Positions 50,155 through 64,000 of a stretch of DNA of 64,000 nt are shown here, one piece after another. A program made the position numbers and the translations under genes. Location of the stretch: the NCBI RefSeq assembly GCF_024700885.2, contig NZ_CP117016.1; one strand, written 5' to 3'. Below the pieces are notes generated by a model. The model searched no databases. It was given only the letters and a program-made list of their open reading frames with translations, and was not told the DNA's origin. The DNA comes from Escherichia coli. Its GTDB lineage: Bacteria > Pseudomonadota > Gammaproteobacteria > Enterobacterales > Enterobacteriaceae. Every line of letters begins with the position of its first letter. Within the stretch, counting starts at the first letter, position 1.

Positions 50155-51766
50155 GAATTTCTCCTGAAGCGCTGACTTCGCCAAACCAGCCGTTATCATC
50201 TACCGTACGCAGCGAAATGGCGTTATCCATTGGAATCGAAAATTTGACAGTGGTCTTATCCATCTGCCCCACTTCGCCAGAGATATCAGTCCACGGTGTA
50301 GTCAGCCACAGCGCATCGGTCATATCCCGCCAGCTATCATCGCACCCGGCATCGTAGGTTTTTGTAGCTCCGTTGCGGGTAATAAAGGAAAGCGTCGCCG
50401 GGAACGGTACTTTCGCCTTACCGTCATCGGAGCTGAAGACACAATAGGAGCGCCCGCCAATCACCTGCGCGGGTCCGGTCACCTTGATCAGCACTTCGTC
50501 GGCAGCTGTTTTACCGCTGGTGGTTACGATATAGCCGAAATCGAGTGCCGACTCGCCGCTGCCGACATATCCCTCCCGCGACGGTGTCTGAGTATATTCA
50601 TCGGAGATAATACTGATGCTGAAATCACGGGGTTTGATAATCAGCGTGTTGGAGGTAGAAAATTCATACCAGCCAGACTCCGGTGATGTCGTGTTCTGAA
50701 AGCGAAAGTTGAATAGATCTTTGGTGTTGATATCGCTGATCCCGAGGTTCACCATCTGCTTAAAGAAGTTGCTCGAGAAGAAAACATAGATCGAGTCTGC
50801 GCTCTTCATCTCGTTGAAGGTGTAGTAATAGGCAGTATTGCTCACCGGTTTCCATGAACTGCCATTCAGACTGAACTGCATATCGTACGCCCCGACGGCC
50901 GAGGCTAACGACGAGTTGGCGATCGCCGGGAATATATGGATTGAGATGTTGCTGAGTCCGTTTGTTTGCAGGGTGTAGTTGACCATCTTACAACTTAATC
51001 CTGAAAGGCTGCCGATGGTTTGCGTCCGGCAGTCGGCGTTCCCTTCGCCCAGAGTCGGTACTCCGTCGCTGTTGATAAATACCTCCGCCAGCGAGTGGGT
51101 ATTTATTAACCGCAGATTTGCTGCTTTCGTATGGGTGACATTGCGAACATACCAGTTGCCGGAGGCCTGATCCTTACAACGCGCGCCGCTGCTGGCGTCA
51201 TAGTTCACAGAGGTCTGACAGGCATTGATGGTCATTGTAAAGCTGCTGCCGACGGGCATTTGTTGCATATACTGGTAAAACGCGTCTGACAACATGCCGT
51301 GCATCCACTTCGCGCCGCCGCTGGTCACCGTCGCGCCATAAAATCCACTGGCGTCGGTGGTTTGCGGCAGGATAAGACTGGTGGTCATATTACACCCTGC
51401 GTACCAGTTGATGCAGCGCAAGCCAGTTAAAGGAGATGAAACTGGTGAATTTTCCAGCCACATATCAAACTTCCAGTTGGTATAAAGGCCGGTGTTGTAA
51501 CCGTTATCAATGTAGCCGAGGCTTTGCTGATAGATGGTTCCTGAACCATTGTATTTTAAACCGGTCCAGCGGTTGGCACCGGTCAGGCGCGGATCCAGCG
51601 CCCCGCCAGGCGTGACGAAAAAGTTGTCGTCTGAGTTGTTTTCGACAAACACAAACTCGCTTGCCGGTGCATCCGCCCAGGTTGTTTTGCTCACTGCAGC
51701 TCTGAGCGCGGTTGCAGGCCAGATTAGCGCAAATATTATCATCGCTATCAGTAGGTTAACTCTCAT
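50123..51766 (-). CDS. ecpD: ECP tip adhesin or minor pilin EcpD
   Basis: 547 aa secreted; ecp operon synteny. Confidence 0.85.
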   Translation of the reverse strand: MRVNLLIAMIIFALIWPATALRAAVSKTTWADAPASEFVFVENNSDDNFFVTPGGALDPRLTGANRWTGLKYNGSGTIYQQSLGYIDNGYNTGLYTNWKFDMWLENSPVSSPLTGLRCINWYAGCNMTTSLILPQTTDASGFYGATVTSGGAKWMHGMLSDAFYQYMQQMPVGSSFTMTINACQTSVNYDASSGARCKDQASGNWYVRNVTHTKAANLRLINTHSLAEVFINSDGVPTLGEGNADCRTQTIGSLSGLSCKMVNYTLQTNGLSNISIHIFPAIANSSLASAVGAYDMQFSLNGSSWKPVSNTAYYYTFNEMKSADSIYVFFSSNFFKQMVNLGISDINTKDLFNFRFQNTTSPESGWYEFSTSNTLIIKPRDFSISIISDEYTQTPSREGYVGSGESALDFGYIVTTSGKTAADEVLIKVTGPAQVIGGRSYCVFSSDDGKAKVPFPATLSFITRNGATKTYDAGCDDSWRDMTDALWLTTPWTDISGEVGQMDKTTVKFSIPMDNAISLRTVDDNGWFGEVSASGEIHVQATWRNIN

Positions 51767-54281
51767 TCTCTTCTCCTGTCTGCGTCACCGCCGCCCACGA
51801 TGAGAGGCCGCTGCAGACCACATCACCGACCCAGACGGCACCGCGCGCCTGGCTGAGTTCCAGTGCCACTTCGCAGGTTTTATTGCCACTGTAGCGAAAA
51901 TCGATAGTGGGGTATTTCTTATCCACGTCCATGACAAACTCGCCGTTTTCATCGGTTCGGGTTCGGCCGATATGGTTGTTAATCCGTGCGTTAGCCAGCA
52001 GTGTGCCGTCTTCCGCACGGATACGACCGGAGACGGTAACCATCTGCTTCACCTCTGGCTCAATGACAGCGACATTGCCTGGATAGAGAGTCAGATGACT
52101 TTTGCGACCGCTGACGATATCGTAACTGTCGAGTGAGTTTTTGCTGTTCTGTAACTCCACCTCATATCTTCCATAGGGAGAGAGCGGGAGATAGTTACGC
52201 TTGCCGTTAAGCGGGAAAATCCGCCCGTTGATTTTGGCGCTGATCTGACCGTCGTCCTCCAGCCCGGTGTTGAATATCACCCCAGCGTTGCCATCAGTCC
52301 GCCCGCTGGCAGCAATGTTTTTACCCTGCCAGCCGACGCTGCCATTGGCGGTCAAGTTGGTATTGACGTAGCCGTCCGCCGCGCTATTGATGTTCAGCGT
52401 TCCGCTGGCGTAACGAGCGTCGAACTGTGCATACGCTCCACCGCTGAGGGTTTTGTCATCACCGGTATCGCCGGAGATGGCTCGTGACAGATTGGCACCA
52501 ACAGTGCGAATGGTCCCTTCATCAAACTGCTTGCGTGCTGACAGGTTTGCCATGGTGTAGCCGTTTTGATGGGTCATCCCTGCGCTAAACCAGTTGCCCA
52601 GTGGTAGCGAGAGATCGAGAGCGATATATTTTCCTGTATTGGCGCTGCTGTCGCCGTTGTTATAGCGCTGAATACCGGCCCGCAGGCCAAGCGTACCAAA
52701 GGTACCGCTGTAGACACTTTGATAGTAATCTGCCGTGTAATAATGGCTGTTGTAACGGCGGTCATCATTGTAGCTGATGCTGAATGTGCCCAGCTTCGAC
52801 CACAGTGAGTTCAGGTTGAGTGTGCCGCCGATAGCACGGTTGTCGGCATCGCTACGTCGCAATTGATTGCCAATGCGGGTTTTTTCCTGATTAACCCACA
52901 GCGAACTAAAGCCTCCCGGTAGAGTGGCGCTGATGCTGCCGATGCTGCTCCATGAGCTGTCACTGGCCAGCATATTTTGCAGGTTAACGTTGATCGCTCC
53001 CCCAAGCGGCAGCGTCAGACGGGTTTCACCCACCGCCTGATTATCGTATCCATATCCCGTTGCCGCCCAGCTAAGCGTACTCAGTGAGCCGGAGGTCGAG
53101 GCACCTGCCAGCCAACTCTCTTTGGCTGGTCGCGTCTTTTTCCCGTTTTCCGACCAGCGATCCATATGAAAGCTACCGCCCCATATCTGCCACGCCAGTG
53201 GTGCACCGACGCCGCGCCCCCGGCTAAACAGCTTATTGACCCGTTGAGTGCGTTTGCTGATCACGCGACCGTTAACGATGACCTCAACTTCCACATCGTA
53301 AATACCGTACGGTAGACCCCGGGTATCCACTTCATGATTGCCCATGGTGAAGTTCTGAACGCTTAGTAGCCGCCCATCACGGGTGAGATGTACTTCGCCC
53401 GCCGCCGGTAAAAAGGCGATCACTGGCGTGGCTGACTGGCTGCTGTCGAAGATGGTGGAGCTGGCCTGGTTTCCCCAGGAAAGGCCGTAAATCTTCCCTG
53501 CTGAAATGGCGGTCATCGGCCCTAAGGACTGCAAGTTCCAGGTGTCGAGCATTCCACCGGCAAATCGGTGACCGGCAAAATCGCGTTCATACATCGCTTT
53601 ATATAATTCACTGTCCTGTTGACCGCTACCGATCCCGTACAGCGAGCCGTCGAGCACCACGTGATGTTCGCGCAGTGCAGTAACGTTATTCAGCGACAGA
53701 TAGCTGGATGTGTTGCTCCCGCCGTTACGCAACTGGTTGTTATAGACGCCGAAGTTATAGCTCAGATTACTGCTGAGGGTGTTAACACTGGACTGCCCGA
53801 TGTCTTCGCTACGTGAGCGTAGTACGGTGCCCAGCGCTTCGCGCTTGACCACTAGCTGCAGCAGCAGTTGGCGCAAGCTGAGATCCAGCTGCGCGTTGTC
53901 AGTCAGGGGGATGGTAAGGGCCTCATTGAACGGGGCGTTCGCCAGAGCCATCAGCTGCTGTCGAGTTTGTTCGCTGACACTGGCGTTATCTTCACTCTCT
54001 TCCAGCTGTATTTTCCGGATGCGTAGCTGTCCATCATCCAGCCAGATAAAAGCGCTGCCGATTCGCTGATCGTCCTGGCGACCCTGGCTACCGGCGAGAT
54101 GAATATAAAGCGGGACGCTCATGCCGTCCTGGAGCGCCTGACTGAAGGCCTGCGGAATAATCACCCCACCTATTTGCTGCGCACTTATGTCAGCAGCGCT
54201 GGCATCGGGCTGAACGAACAAAAAGACCATGCCGAAGGCAAACTGGGCTTTCAGTCCTGGGGAGAACCGTCGTAAAGGCAT
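51756..54281 (-). CDS. ecpC: ECP outer-membrane usher EcpC
   Basis: 841 aa usher-sized beta-barrel protein. Confidence 0.85.
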   Translation of the reverse strand: MPLRRFSPGLKAQFAFGMVFLFVQPDASAADISAQQIGGVIIPQAFSQALQDGMSVPLYIHLAGSQGRQDDQRIGSAFIWLDDGQLRIRKIQLEESEDNASVSEQTRQQLMALANAPFNEALTIPLTDNAQLDLSLRQLLLQLVVKREALGTVLRSRSEDIGQSSVNTLSSNLSYNFGVYNNQLRNGGSNTSSYLSLNNVTALREHHVVLDGSLYGIGSGQQDSELYKAMYERDFAGHRFAGGMLDTWNLQSLGPMTAISAGKIYGLSWGNQASSTIFDSSQSATPVIAFLPAAGEVHLTRDGRLLSVQNFTMGNHEVDTRGLPYGIYDVEVEVIVNGRVISKRTQRVNKLFSRGRGVGAPLAWQIWGGSFHMDRWSENGKKTRPAKESWLAGASTSGSLSTLSWAATGYGYDNQAVGETRLTLPLGGAINVNLQNMLASDSSWSSIGSISATLPGGFSSLWVNQEKTRIGNQLRRSDADNRAIGGTLNLNSLWSKLGTFSISYNDDRRYNSHYYTADYYQSVYSGTFGTLGLRAGIQRYNNGDSSANTGKYIALDLSLPLGNWFSAGMTHQNGYTMANLSARKQFDEGTIRTVGANLSRAISGDTGDDKTLSGGAYAQFDARYASGTLNINSAADGYVNTNLTANGSVGWQGKNIAASGRTDGNAGVIFNTGLEDDGQISAKINGRIFPLNGKRNYLPLSPYGRYEVELQNSKNSLDSYDIVSGRKSHLTLYPGNVAVIEPEVKQMVTVSGRIRAEDGTLLANARINNHIGRTRTDENGEFVMDVDKKYPTIDFRYSGNKTCEVALELSQARGAVWVGDVVCSGLSSWAAVTQTGEENES

Positions 54282-54306
54282 TGTCGTTATCCATCTGCAC
54301 AGCTAT

Positions 54307-54975
54307 CTATTTCACGGGAATGAACTTATCACCCTGCCAAAGTGCAACCCGTCCTTTGTTATCCGCCGTGTCCACGCGGGTAAAACGACGCGACTTGCCC
54401 GGCATCAGGTAGTAATTCTCTTTACACTCCTTACCATTGGCGGCTTTCAGGCAGGGGCCGTAGGCGAGGATCCGCAGCGTCGCATTTCCTGTATTTGTCA
54501 GGGAGCCGTTGGCGTACTGAAAGCGGTAGTTCGCCTGGCGGGGGGCGACGACCAGAATGGTGCCGATGCGGGCGGAAGCAGTGGCTACAGCGCTGCGGTT
54601 GGCATTATCGCGCTGCGCATCACTGAGGGCCTGATCGAACCAGACAATGCGGTAATAGCGCTCTTTCTCATCTACTGGTCCCTTATAGAAGAAGCGGATC
54701 ACTTCGCTGGCTTGGGCGGGTAGCAGCAAGCTAGCGGGAGTGAGTAGCAACTCATCCGGCTTGTCCATTGAGATAACCTGCCCGTCGTCAAGCGGTGAAG
54801 AGAGCCGTTCGAGACGGATATTGATGAGGCGGCCACTGTCGGTACTGTTTTGGATCGTTTTGCTCAGCGTGCTGCTGTCACTGTTCATAAACGATGATAT
54901 ATCGCCGACATCCAGCGCCTGGGCCGGAGATATTCCGGAAAACAGCAGAGCGAGAGGCAGAAGGTGCTTTTTCAT
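54307..54975 (-). CDS. ecpB: ECP periplasmic chaperone EcpB
   Basis: 222 aa with signal peptide. Confidence 0.85.
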   Translation of the reverse strand: MKKHLLPLALLFSGISPAQALDVGDISSFMNSDSSTLSKTIQNSTDSGRLINIRLERLSSPLDDGQVISMDKPDELLLTPASLLLPAQASEVIRFFYKGPVDEKERYYRIVWFDQALSDAQRDNANRSAVATASARIGTILVVAPRQANYRFQYANGSLTNTGNATLRILAYGPCLKAANGKECKENYYLMPGKSRRFTRVDTADNKGRVALWQGDKFIPVK

Positions 54976-55032
54976 AACAATTCCGTCCAGGAATAAAGCA
55001 GGGGGGCTACCCCTGCTGGTACATCAGAGAGA

Positions 55033-55620
55033 TTAACTGGTCCAGGTCGCGTCGAACTGTACGCTAACGTCGCCGCTCCAGATGCCTTCCGGTAGAGTGC
55101 TGTAATCGGTTACTGCGGTGGTACCATTGGTGGTGCCGCTGATGATGGTGAAGGTGAAACCATCCTGTGCGGTGGTACGATTGCTGGCATTGTAACCGTT
55201 AGCCAGCGGGCTAAGGTTGCCGCCCAGTACGCCGTTGGCGGTATCGATCATCACGGTATCGCCAGTTTTTTCGACTGCCGCGCCGTTATAATCCACGCCC
55301 ACATTCAGTGTGGAACCTGAGGTATCCAACTGGGTTAATGTGTTGGTGATAAGACGTGAGGTCAGTTTAAAGGCGGTAGCCGTTGAGTCACCTTCGATAG
55401 CCACGTCAAATAGACCTTTCTGTGAGTTAAAACCTTTAATGCCTTCGGCATACTGGAACGCCAGGCTACCGAGTGGCGTCACAACCAGCTTACTGGTGGT
55501 GTCTTTTTTGGCTGTTGCTGACCAGGTCGCTACAGCCTGAGCTGTTACGTCAGCAGCCTGCGCCACACCCATGCCGGTAAACACCGTTACCAGAGCTATT
55601 GCCAGAACCTTTTTTTTCAT
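55033..55620 (-). CDS. ecpA: ECP major pilin EcpA (Mat fimbrillin)
   Basis: 195 aa; [22 protein letters not shown] signal. Confidence 0.9.
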   Translation of the reverse strand: MKKKVLAIALVTVFTGMGVAQAADVTAQAVATWSATAKKDTTSKLVVTPLGSLAFQYAEGIKGFNSQKGLFDVAIEGDSTATAFKLTSRLITNTLTQLDTSGSTLNVGVDYNGAAVEKTGDTVMIDTANGVLGGNLSPLANGYNASNRTTAQDGFTFTIISGTTNGTTAVTDYSTLPEGIWSGDVSVQFDATWTS

Positions 55621-55693
55621 TGCTTTTCTTCCCGAGTTGAATTGAGGACATGAAGTCCCGGTGAGTCATTTTTAAAACTAACTTGCCTGGAGT

Positions 55694-56305
<612 letters not shown>

Positions 56306-57319
56306 TTACAGGTGCATTCAGTTTCCTTAGTAAACCGGAGGTAAATAAGATACGTAGTACATATCAATAAAGGTTAAACGAGATTAAGTTTAATTATTTT
56401 CGATTGGGCTTAAATTTATGTTTTTTTCCCGATGAGTGTCAATATGTGAACGGAAAAGGAATTCAATGGTTAAGTCAATATTTAGAAAAACTGAAAATAT
56501 TGCTTTTTTGATAAGAAGAAAAAGACATTTAGTTTCATAAGGTTATTGGCAATATAACGTTCATTTCTTACTTGCATTTTATATTGGTCAGGAACTTTGC
56601 CCTGAAGTGTTAGGAATAGTCTTAATGCGCTGTGTGATGGACTAGTAAAAAAACAAGTTTTAAGGGTAAGGGATAGAATATAAAACTATTATGAGCTGTC
56701 ATTGAAGATGATTTGCCAATCAGTAAGATATTTTAATGGATTAACATGCCGCACAAAATGGTTATAGGTGTTCATTACAATAAGTGATGGAAAATTGAAC
56801 GGGTATAAGTACGTCATCTGTTCGGTAAGTCCCCCAAGAGCCAAATTAAGTGAAGTTAAACGAAGGCTGCCAGCTGTCACAGGAACGATGGCCTCTTTGT
56901 CAGGGCACTGCATTCAGTCATCTGTGCGCATTACTCTAACTGGCACTCGAACGTCAGCGACGGGGTTACCGGTGGATCAGGCTGTTCCTGTGGCGTAAAC
57001 GTTTTTATGTTAGTACCAACAGATTTACCACATTTATCATCTTAACAGTTTGAGTGAAAATGCAGGCTGCGCCGCAAAGGGAGGAGACTGATGGCGTGTT
57101 CAGTCTAAAAGAGGGTTGATGCCAGCATACAGGGGCGAAGCTGGTCAACACGTCAACATTAATATAATGGAATATTCGGAGAGAAACGTCAGGCAGTTGA
57201 CCTTAAATGAACAGGAAGATACATCCCCAGGAAAATTAATGCTGGTGTAATAAATACACCAACATTAATCCGGTCTGATTATTAATCAGACAAATATCGT
57301 TAATTCGTCGAATTTTAAA

Positions 57320-57460
57320 TCAACGTTTTTTCTTACGACCCTGAACGGCCTTAAAACGTGGATTAGATTTACAAATCACATACAGCCGTCCTTTTCGCTT
57401 CACAATCTGACAGTCTGGATGGCGTTCTTTTGCGGTACGCAGAGAGTTAAGGACTTTCAT
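57320..57460 (-). CDS. ykgO: Zinc-independent ribosomal protein L36 paralog
   Basis: [46 protein letters not shown]. Confidence 0.9.
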   Translation of the reverse strand: MKVLNSLRTAKERHPDCQIVKRKGRLYVICKSNPRFKAVQGRKKKR

Positions 57461-57726
57461 CATGCCTCCTTTTTCGTGCTAACAAAACGACCAAAACGTT
57501 GGGTGAACCGTGCAACATTTCCTTCTGATGCCACTGTTCTCAGCTTCCCTGTATAGAACGGGTGCGATTTCGAAGAGACATCAATTGTTACGTACGGATA
57601 CGTTACGCCATCCAGCTCAATCTCACGGTCTGTTTTGATAGTCGAGCCGATTTTAAAGTACTCATCAACACTGGTGTCATGGAACACCACAGTACGATAC
57701 TCAGGATGGATATTGGGTTTCATCAT
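57460..57726 (-). CDS. ykgM: Zinc-independent ribosomal protein L31 paralog
   Basis: [32 protein letters not shown]...; stop overlaps the ykgO start. Confidence 0.9.
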   Translation of the reverse strand: MMKPNIHPEYRTVVFHDTSVDEYFKIGSTIKTDREIELDGVTYPYVTIDVSSKSHPFYTGKLRTVASEGNVARFTQRFGRFVSTKKEA

Positions 57727-57733
57727 TTTTACC

Positions 57734-57753
57734 GGTTATGTTATAACATAACC
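57734..57753. promoter_or_regulatory. Zur box: 20-bp perfect palindrome GGTTATGTTATAACATAACC upstream of ykgM
   Basis: Matches the Zur consensus core TGTTATA-ATAACA; read directly. Confidence 0.75.
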
Positions 57754-58087
57754 GCAAAGATACATGCTCATCCGGATCATTTCAACACCCAATCCCTGTG
57801 ACTATTTGTAGGATGTGGAATTTCCGCAACGGAGAAGTCTGGTATTGTTAGCAGCCATTGGCGACGCTCTCATAAACGCCTGGATGAGTGATTGATGATG
57901 GTTTCGCTGAGAGTATGAATTTTTCGAGAATGGAGGCTATCTCCACTTTACTGGCCGATGATTTATCGCAGTTTGATTGATTACCTGACAGCGTGTATTC
58001 CTCTCCCACGGATATAATAATTACTTACAAAAAAGGGAGAGGATGCATATTTTAAATATCACTGCAGTGAACAGTTTATTGCCGTTA

Positions 58088-58189
58088 TTAATAGAAATGG
58101 AGAAATAAATAGGCGTATTCTACAATTGCGACAAAAACAACGATATTAATCAGTTTATGACTGATTTGCTGTACTTTATTCTCTTTCAT
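58088..58189 (-). CDS. ykgR: Small membrane protein YkgR (33 aa)
   Basis: Minus-strand MKENKVQQISHKLINIVVFVAIVEYAYLFLHFY. Confidence 0.65.
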   Translation of the reverse strand: MKENKVQQISHKLINIVVFVAIVEYAYLFLHFY

Positions 58190-58661
58190 TGGTACTTCCT
58201 CGCTTTAAAAAAGAGTGCACTTCGTAAGTGCCCTTATATAAATAACGAGTTTGGTCAACCAATTTTTTGATATGTATCACAAATTTGAATAGATGTATTA
58301 CATCGGCTATCTTTTATTGCCCCAACGTCATTGATATATGTCGCCTGAAGTCAGTCCGGGAATGAGTCTGATCTCAAAACTGGCCCAGTCCGGGCGTTGA
58401 TTGGTGCTGAGGAGCATATCGCATCTCATCATAATGTCGTATCTCCTGGGGTGTTATACAAGATATCGTTGTTGGTGACCTGGGCGAGGAATTGAGTTCT
58501 ATTAAACCGTCAACTATGCTGGATACATACTGGATTACACTGCAGGCACGCCTTACGAGAGAACGTGCCGCAGTGACGGGTTAATTATCTGAAAGAATTT
58601 GCGAGACTGTATCGGTTACTCATTGATTTGATAGTTTTACTCTCGGGAGAGTAATAGATAT

Positions 58662-59804
58662 TTAATCTATTAACGGAAACCAGCCAGTTCCTTTCGATGC
58701 CTGAATTTGATCCCATAGTTTATCCGGAATGGTTAATTCAGGAACAAGTTGTGGATTAAGGGTTGTTTGAATTTCATGGCCTCTACCTGATTCAGCTAAA
58801 GTCACCCATTCTGGATTTATCACCAGCCCTTTACCGATCGCAACAAGTGGCAGGCCAGTGGAAATTGCTTCTTGAGCCTGAGACGGTGTGCGTATTTTAC
58901 CTGCAGCGATTACCGGCACTCTGCCTGCAATATGATTTAAAATCAATTCAATAGTTCGGGGGCCATTTGGCGACTCAACAGGGTAGCTATCGTTAATACT
59001 GACCAGCGAGGTATGTATATACGAAATACCGGATGAAATGAGCCGATCAAGGAGTTTATAAGTATCCTCTATCCGCAGCCCCCCTGTTACAGATTCTTCA
59101 GGAGATATTCTGTAACCGATAGCAAAGGGCTTTGTCGCATATTCATAGACTACATTTTTTACTTCCTGTAATACGGCCAGCGGGAAGCGCATACGTCCTT
59201 CAAGATCTCCTCCCCATCGGTCATTACGCTGGTTAAATAGAGGGGAGAAGAAATTCTGCAGAAGGAATCCGTGCGCACCATGAAGTTCAACGCCATCAAA
59301 ACCTGCTTTAATCGCCCTTTTTGTGACATCTCCGAATGCTCTAATGGTTTCCTGAATTTCGTTTTCAGTCATTTCCCTGCTTTGTACCACTCTCTTCATA
59401 AAGTCACCAGATTTTACGCTTGATGCGCTGGCACTAATAACATCGTTATTTGGTACAAGCTCCGGGATGGCTTTATTACCGGCGTGGAAAATCTGCAAAA
59501 TAGCCGGAGCCCCCCCACTTTGGGCTGCCGCTGCTAACTTTTCAAGGCTGTTAATGAAACGGTCGTCATATGCGGCAAATTCATGAGTAAACCCAATGCC
59601 GCTTGGCGTGACATAGGTACATCCTGTTATTACTAAACCAACATTTTGTGAGCGGCGTTTATAAAATTCGAGTTCTTGCTCAGAGATGGTTCCATCAGGA
59701 TTCGCTGACCAGGTCGTCATAGGGGCCATAACGATACGATTACGTAGCTTTATTTTTTCTGTCAGCATAAAAGGAGAAAACAATGATGGGTGTTTATTTG
59801 TCAT
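58662..59804 (-). CDS. NADH:flavin oxidoreductase (Old Yellow Enzyme family)
   Basis: 380 aa TIM-barrel flavin-mononucleotide reductase motifs (…VMAPMTT…HGAHGFLLQNFFSP…). Confidence 0.8.
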   Translation of the reverse strand: MTNKHPSLFSPFMLTEKIKLRNRIVMAPMTTWSANPDGTISEQELEFYKRRSQNVGLVITGCTYVTPSGIGFTHEFAAYDDRFINSLEKLAAAAQSGGAPAILQIFHAGNKAIPELVPNNDVISASASSVKSGDFMKRVVQSREMTENEIQETIRAFGDVTKRAIKAGFDGVELHGAHGFLLQNFFSPLFNQRNDRWGGDLEGRMRFPLAVLQEVKNVVYEYATKPFAIGYRISPEESVTGGLRIEDTYKLLDRLISSGISYIHTSLVSINDSYPVESPNGPRTIELILNHIAGRVPVIAAGKIRTPSQAQEAISTGLPLVAIGKGLVINPEWVTLAESGRGHEIQTTLNPQLVPELTIPDKLWDQIQASKGTGWFPLID

Positions 59805-60048
59805 AACAATACCTCAAATGTTTATCTGATTTTGATGCGTATGTTTTAACTGGTTAGTTGTTGCCAGCTTTGGAACCAAGATTTCTGGCTTTATTTATAA
59901 TCCCTTCAAAGGGTTTCTAATAATCTTAATAATTGAGTTGCTGCTTTTTTGTTTCTTTAATGAAATTTCTTTTTGAGTAATTTTATTATTGTTGTGTAGT
60001 CAATAAAGGATAAATGTCAGGGAGATAAGGAATCTCCCTGTAAAATTA

Positions 60049-60969
60049 TTACAAATGTGTTTTATAAAAAGGAATTAATTTATCGAGTGCCTGTTTCACA
60101 GGTTCTGGCTTATCATACAGGTCGTAATGTGAATAACCTTCAACCACGACCAGCTCTTTATGTTTTGAGGCAGCGCGGCCAATAATTTCGCAGCCGTCAC
60201 GGTAGGCACCAAATGCGCCCACTCTATCGCCCACCACAACCATTATTGGTTGAGTTAACAGGACTTCTGCAAGATGAAATGCATCCCAACCCACGGCAAC
60301 AGTCTGATGTGAGAATAGCGAACGATTTACCCCATTAGGTGCACAGCCTCGTGGCGAACGATAATATTCTGTGGCTTCAAAAAGGTCTATTTCTGTTAAT
60401 CCCGCTTCAAGAGCTGCATCCGGAGAAGAGGGGAGTAAATCATCTACGCGAAGTTTTGCGCCGTTAGCTTCGTCTGTTCTTTGTTGCGCCATTGCTTCGA
60501 GTGCTCCGATAGGATTAAACGCTGTAAATCCCTCACGCATAAGACGCCCGTAGTTTGCACCCGTGACAGTACCAATAGCTTTAATTCGACGTTCTGTCAT
60601 TGCGGCATTAATGGCATATCCACCTCCACCACAAATACCCAGTACACCAATACGCCCGGCATCAACGTAAGGTAAGGTGGTAAGGTAATCAACGACAATG
60701 CTGAAGTCTTTTACTCGCATTGTTGGATCTTCCAGATAACGCGGTTCCCCACCGCTGCTTCCCTGAAAACTGGCATCAAAAGCAATGACGATAAAGCCAG
60801 CTTTTGCCAGGGCGGCACCATACACACTACCCGATGTCTGTTCTTTGCAGCTTCCAATTGGATGGGCGCTGATAATGGCAGGATACTTTTTTTCACTATT
60901 AAAATCGTCAGGGAAATAGATATCAGCAGCTATATCCCAGTAAGTGTGTTTTATCGAAACAGTTTTCAT
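60049..60969 (-). CDS. Alpha/beta hydrolase (dienelactone hydrolase-like), paralog of the frameshifted gene at 40151
   Basis: 306 aa; nucleophile elbow GICGGGG. Confidence 0.75.
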   Translation of the reverse strand: MKTVSIKHTYWDIAADIYFPDDFNSEKKYPAIISAHPIGSCKEQTSGSVYGAALAKAGFIVIAFDASFQGSSGGEPRYLEDPTMRVKDFSIVVDYLTTLPYVDAGRIGVLGICGGGGYAINAAMTERRIKAIGTVTGANYGRLMREGFTAFNPIGALEAMAQQRTDEANGAKLRVDDLLPSSPDAALEAGLTEIDLFEATEYYRSPRGCAPNGVNRSLFSHQTVAVGWDAFHLAEVLLTQPIMVVVGDRVGAFGAYRDGCEIIGRAASKHKELVVVEGYSHYDLYDKPEPVKQALDKLIPFYKTHL

Positions 60970-61125
60970 TTCAAGCTCCGGGGATTTGCCTAAACAGATT
61001 TAAATATCATTTCTATTATCCGCAACTGGCATTCGTGTTCATATCGAGAACGGCGTAATAGTATGACTTGTATTGGTTATCATCAATGGTCTAATATCTA
61101 TCACAGTGTTAAGTTAAGGTTTACA

Positions 61126-62052
61126 ATGATGAAAATAGAGCCTTCAATTTTGCCTTCTCTTGCCTGGTTTGCGCATATTGTTCGTGCCGGCAGTTTTTCC
61201 AGAGCCGCTTCTGAAATGGGTATTACGCGGGCCGCATTGTCCCAGAATTTAAAATCTCTTGAGGAACGTCTTAACACCAAGCTGATATACCGTACGACCC
61301 GCAATATGTCGCTTACTGAGGAAGGACTGCGTCTGTATGAAGTGCTGGTGTCGGCTTTGGGGCAAATTGATGATGCTTTGAAAGATGTTGGTGATACCCA
61401 ACTTGAACCTACAGGCCTGTTGAGAATAAATTCCTCCCGTGTTGCAGCAAGGATGCTTATTGAGCCTCATATTGGCGAGTTTCTTACTCGTTACCCCAAA
61501 ACAAAGATAGAACTCATTATGGATGACGGTTTATCTAACATTATTGCGGACGGCTGTGATGTGGGCATACGTCTTGAGCAAGGACTGGATGAGCATATGA
61601 CTGCCGTTCCTGTTTCTCCGCTTATTAAACTGGTTACTGTGGCATCGCCAGATTATTTAAAAGAACACGGTATTCCTGAAACGCCTCAGGAACTGAGTAA
61701 CCATAATTGCCTTCGGTTGCGGCATAAAAGTAGCGGTGCACTCTCTGCATGGGAGTTTTCTAATGTTGCGGGCGGGAATGAAGAGTTCGAAATAGAGGTT
61801 TCAGGTAAGTATATTTCTAATGATGACGAAAGCATGATACGAATGGCGCTGAATGGAACGGGTATCATTCAACATCTGGATTTTGCAATCGCTGAACATA
61901 TCAATGCGGGCAAGTTACAGCCGATTCTTGAGGATTGGGCCGTTTCATTTCCTGGGTTTTATATATATGTTTCATCACGGGTGAGAATGCCCTCTAAAGT
62001 TCGTGCTTTTATTGATTTTATGGTGGAGAAAAGAGTAAAAATAGAAAGTTAA
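61126..62052 (+). CDS. LysR-family regulator (track ORF starts at 61063)
   Basis: HTH FAHIVRAGSFSRAASEMGITRAALSQNLKSLEERL. Confidence 0.8.
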   Translation: MMKIEPSILPSLAWFAHIVRAGSFSRAASEMGITRAALSQNLKSLEERLNTKLIYRTTRNMSLTEEGLRLYEVLVSALGQIDDALKDVGDTQLEPTGLLRINSSRVAARMLIEPHIGEFLTRYPKTKIELIMDDGLSNIIADGCDVGIRLEQGLDEHMTAVPVSPLIKLVTVASPDYLKEHGIPETPQELSNHNCLRLRHKSSGALSAWEFSNVAGGNEEFEIEVSGKYISNDDESMIRMALNGTGIIQHLDFAIAEHINAGKLQPILEDWAVSFPGFYIYVSSRVRMPSKVRAFIDFMVEKRVKIES

Positions 62053-62134
62053 TGATGTGTGTCAGAATATCGGTAAGAAGAATGGCACAATCGTGAGGAT
62101 ACGTTTATTCATAATAAATCTCCTGAAAGTTTAG

Positions 62135-64000
<1,866 letters not shown>

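Noticed and set aside
56689-56913. 74-aa minus-strand ORF in the ecpR upstream region (possible ykgL-like small protein)
   Set aside because: Cannot be confirmed from sequence alone; the region is better known as the long regulatory leader of the ecp operon, so left uncalled

Overview
This window looks like Escherichia coli chromosome in the gmhA-to-ecp/ykgM neighbourhood, on a K-12-like core backbone with several accessory insertions and decayed loci.

Core genes, in order: a fadE start fragment, gmhA, yafJ, yafK, yafL, dinB, yafNOP, ykfJ'-prfH' remnants, pepD, gpt, frsA, crl, phoE, proBA and tRNA-Thr (thrW). After the island come a LysR regulator, a frameshifted hydrolase, an MFS transporter, paoDCBA, yagU, ykgJ, ecpEDCBAR, ykgO-ykgM-ykgR, an old-yellow-enzyme reductase, an alpha/beta hydrolase, two LysR regulators and an aldo-keto reductase that runs off the end.

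Three things stand out.

1. A partial Flag-2 (lateral flagella) locus at about 4.5-14.8 kb. lfhAB and lfiRQPNM are intact, but the sigma-54 activator lafK is cut after about 90 codons by a complete 768-bp IS1 with no target-site duplication. The locus resumes at a 3' gene remnant followed by lafS, lafT and lafU. This looks like an IS1-mediated internal deletion, and it is larger and more intact than the K-12 fhiA/mbhA remnant.

2. A hicA/hicB-like toxin-antitoxin pair sits where K-12 has rayT. The dinJ-yafQ pair is absent between yafK and yafL.

3. A 12.3-kb P4/phiR73-like satellite island is integrated at thrW (25838-38153) and bounded by a 16-bp imperfect direct repeat of the tRNA 3' end. 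Its contents are:
- a P4-type integrase;
- an AT-rich 274-aa ORF with an N-terminal helix-turn-helix, overlapping the integrase stop codon;
- AlpA;
- a 57-aa ribbon-helix-helix protein whose start codon lies in paired GGTAATTACC palindromes;
- small unknown ORFs;
- an 890-aa alpha-type primase-helicase followed by an origin of at least 8 TGTT(C/T)CACC iterons;
- two unknown ORFs and an Ogr/Delta zinc-finger activator;
- as cargo, a retron: a 24-bp perfect hairpin ncRNA candidate, an NDT-like/winged-helix effector, and a reverse transcriptase with YADD and VTG motifs, in Sen2/Ec73-like order;
- a convergent small multi-TM protein that may be a further effector.

Other oddities: a degenerate ykgO'/ykgR' paralogous patch beside attR, a LysR C-terminal fragment, and a 13-bp tandem duplication that frameshifts the hydrolase.

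The most likely hidden system is the retron-bearing satellite island and its uncharacterised accessory genes (orf274 and the TM protein).
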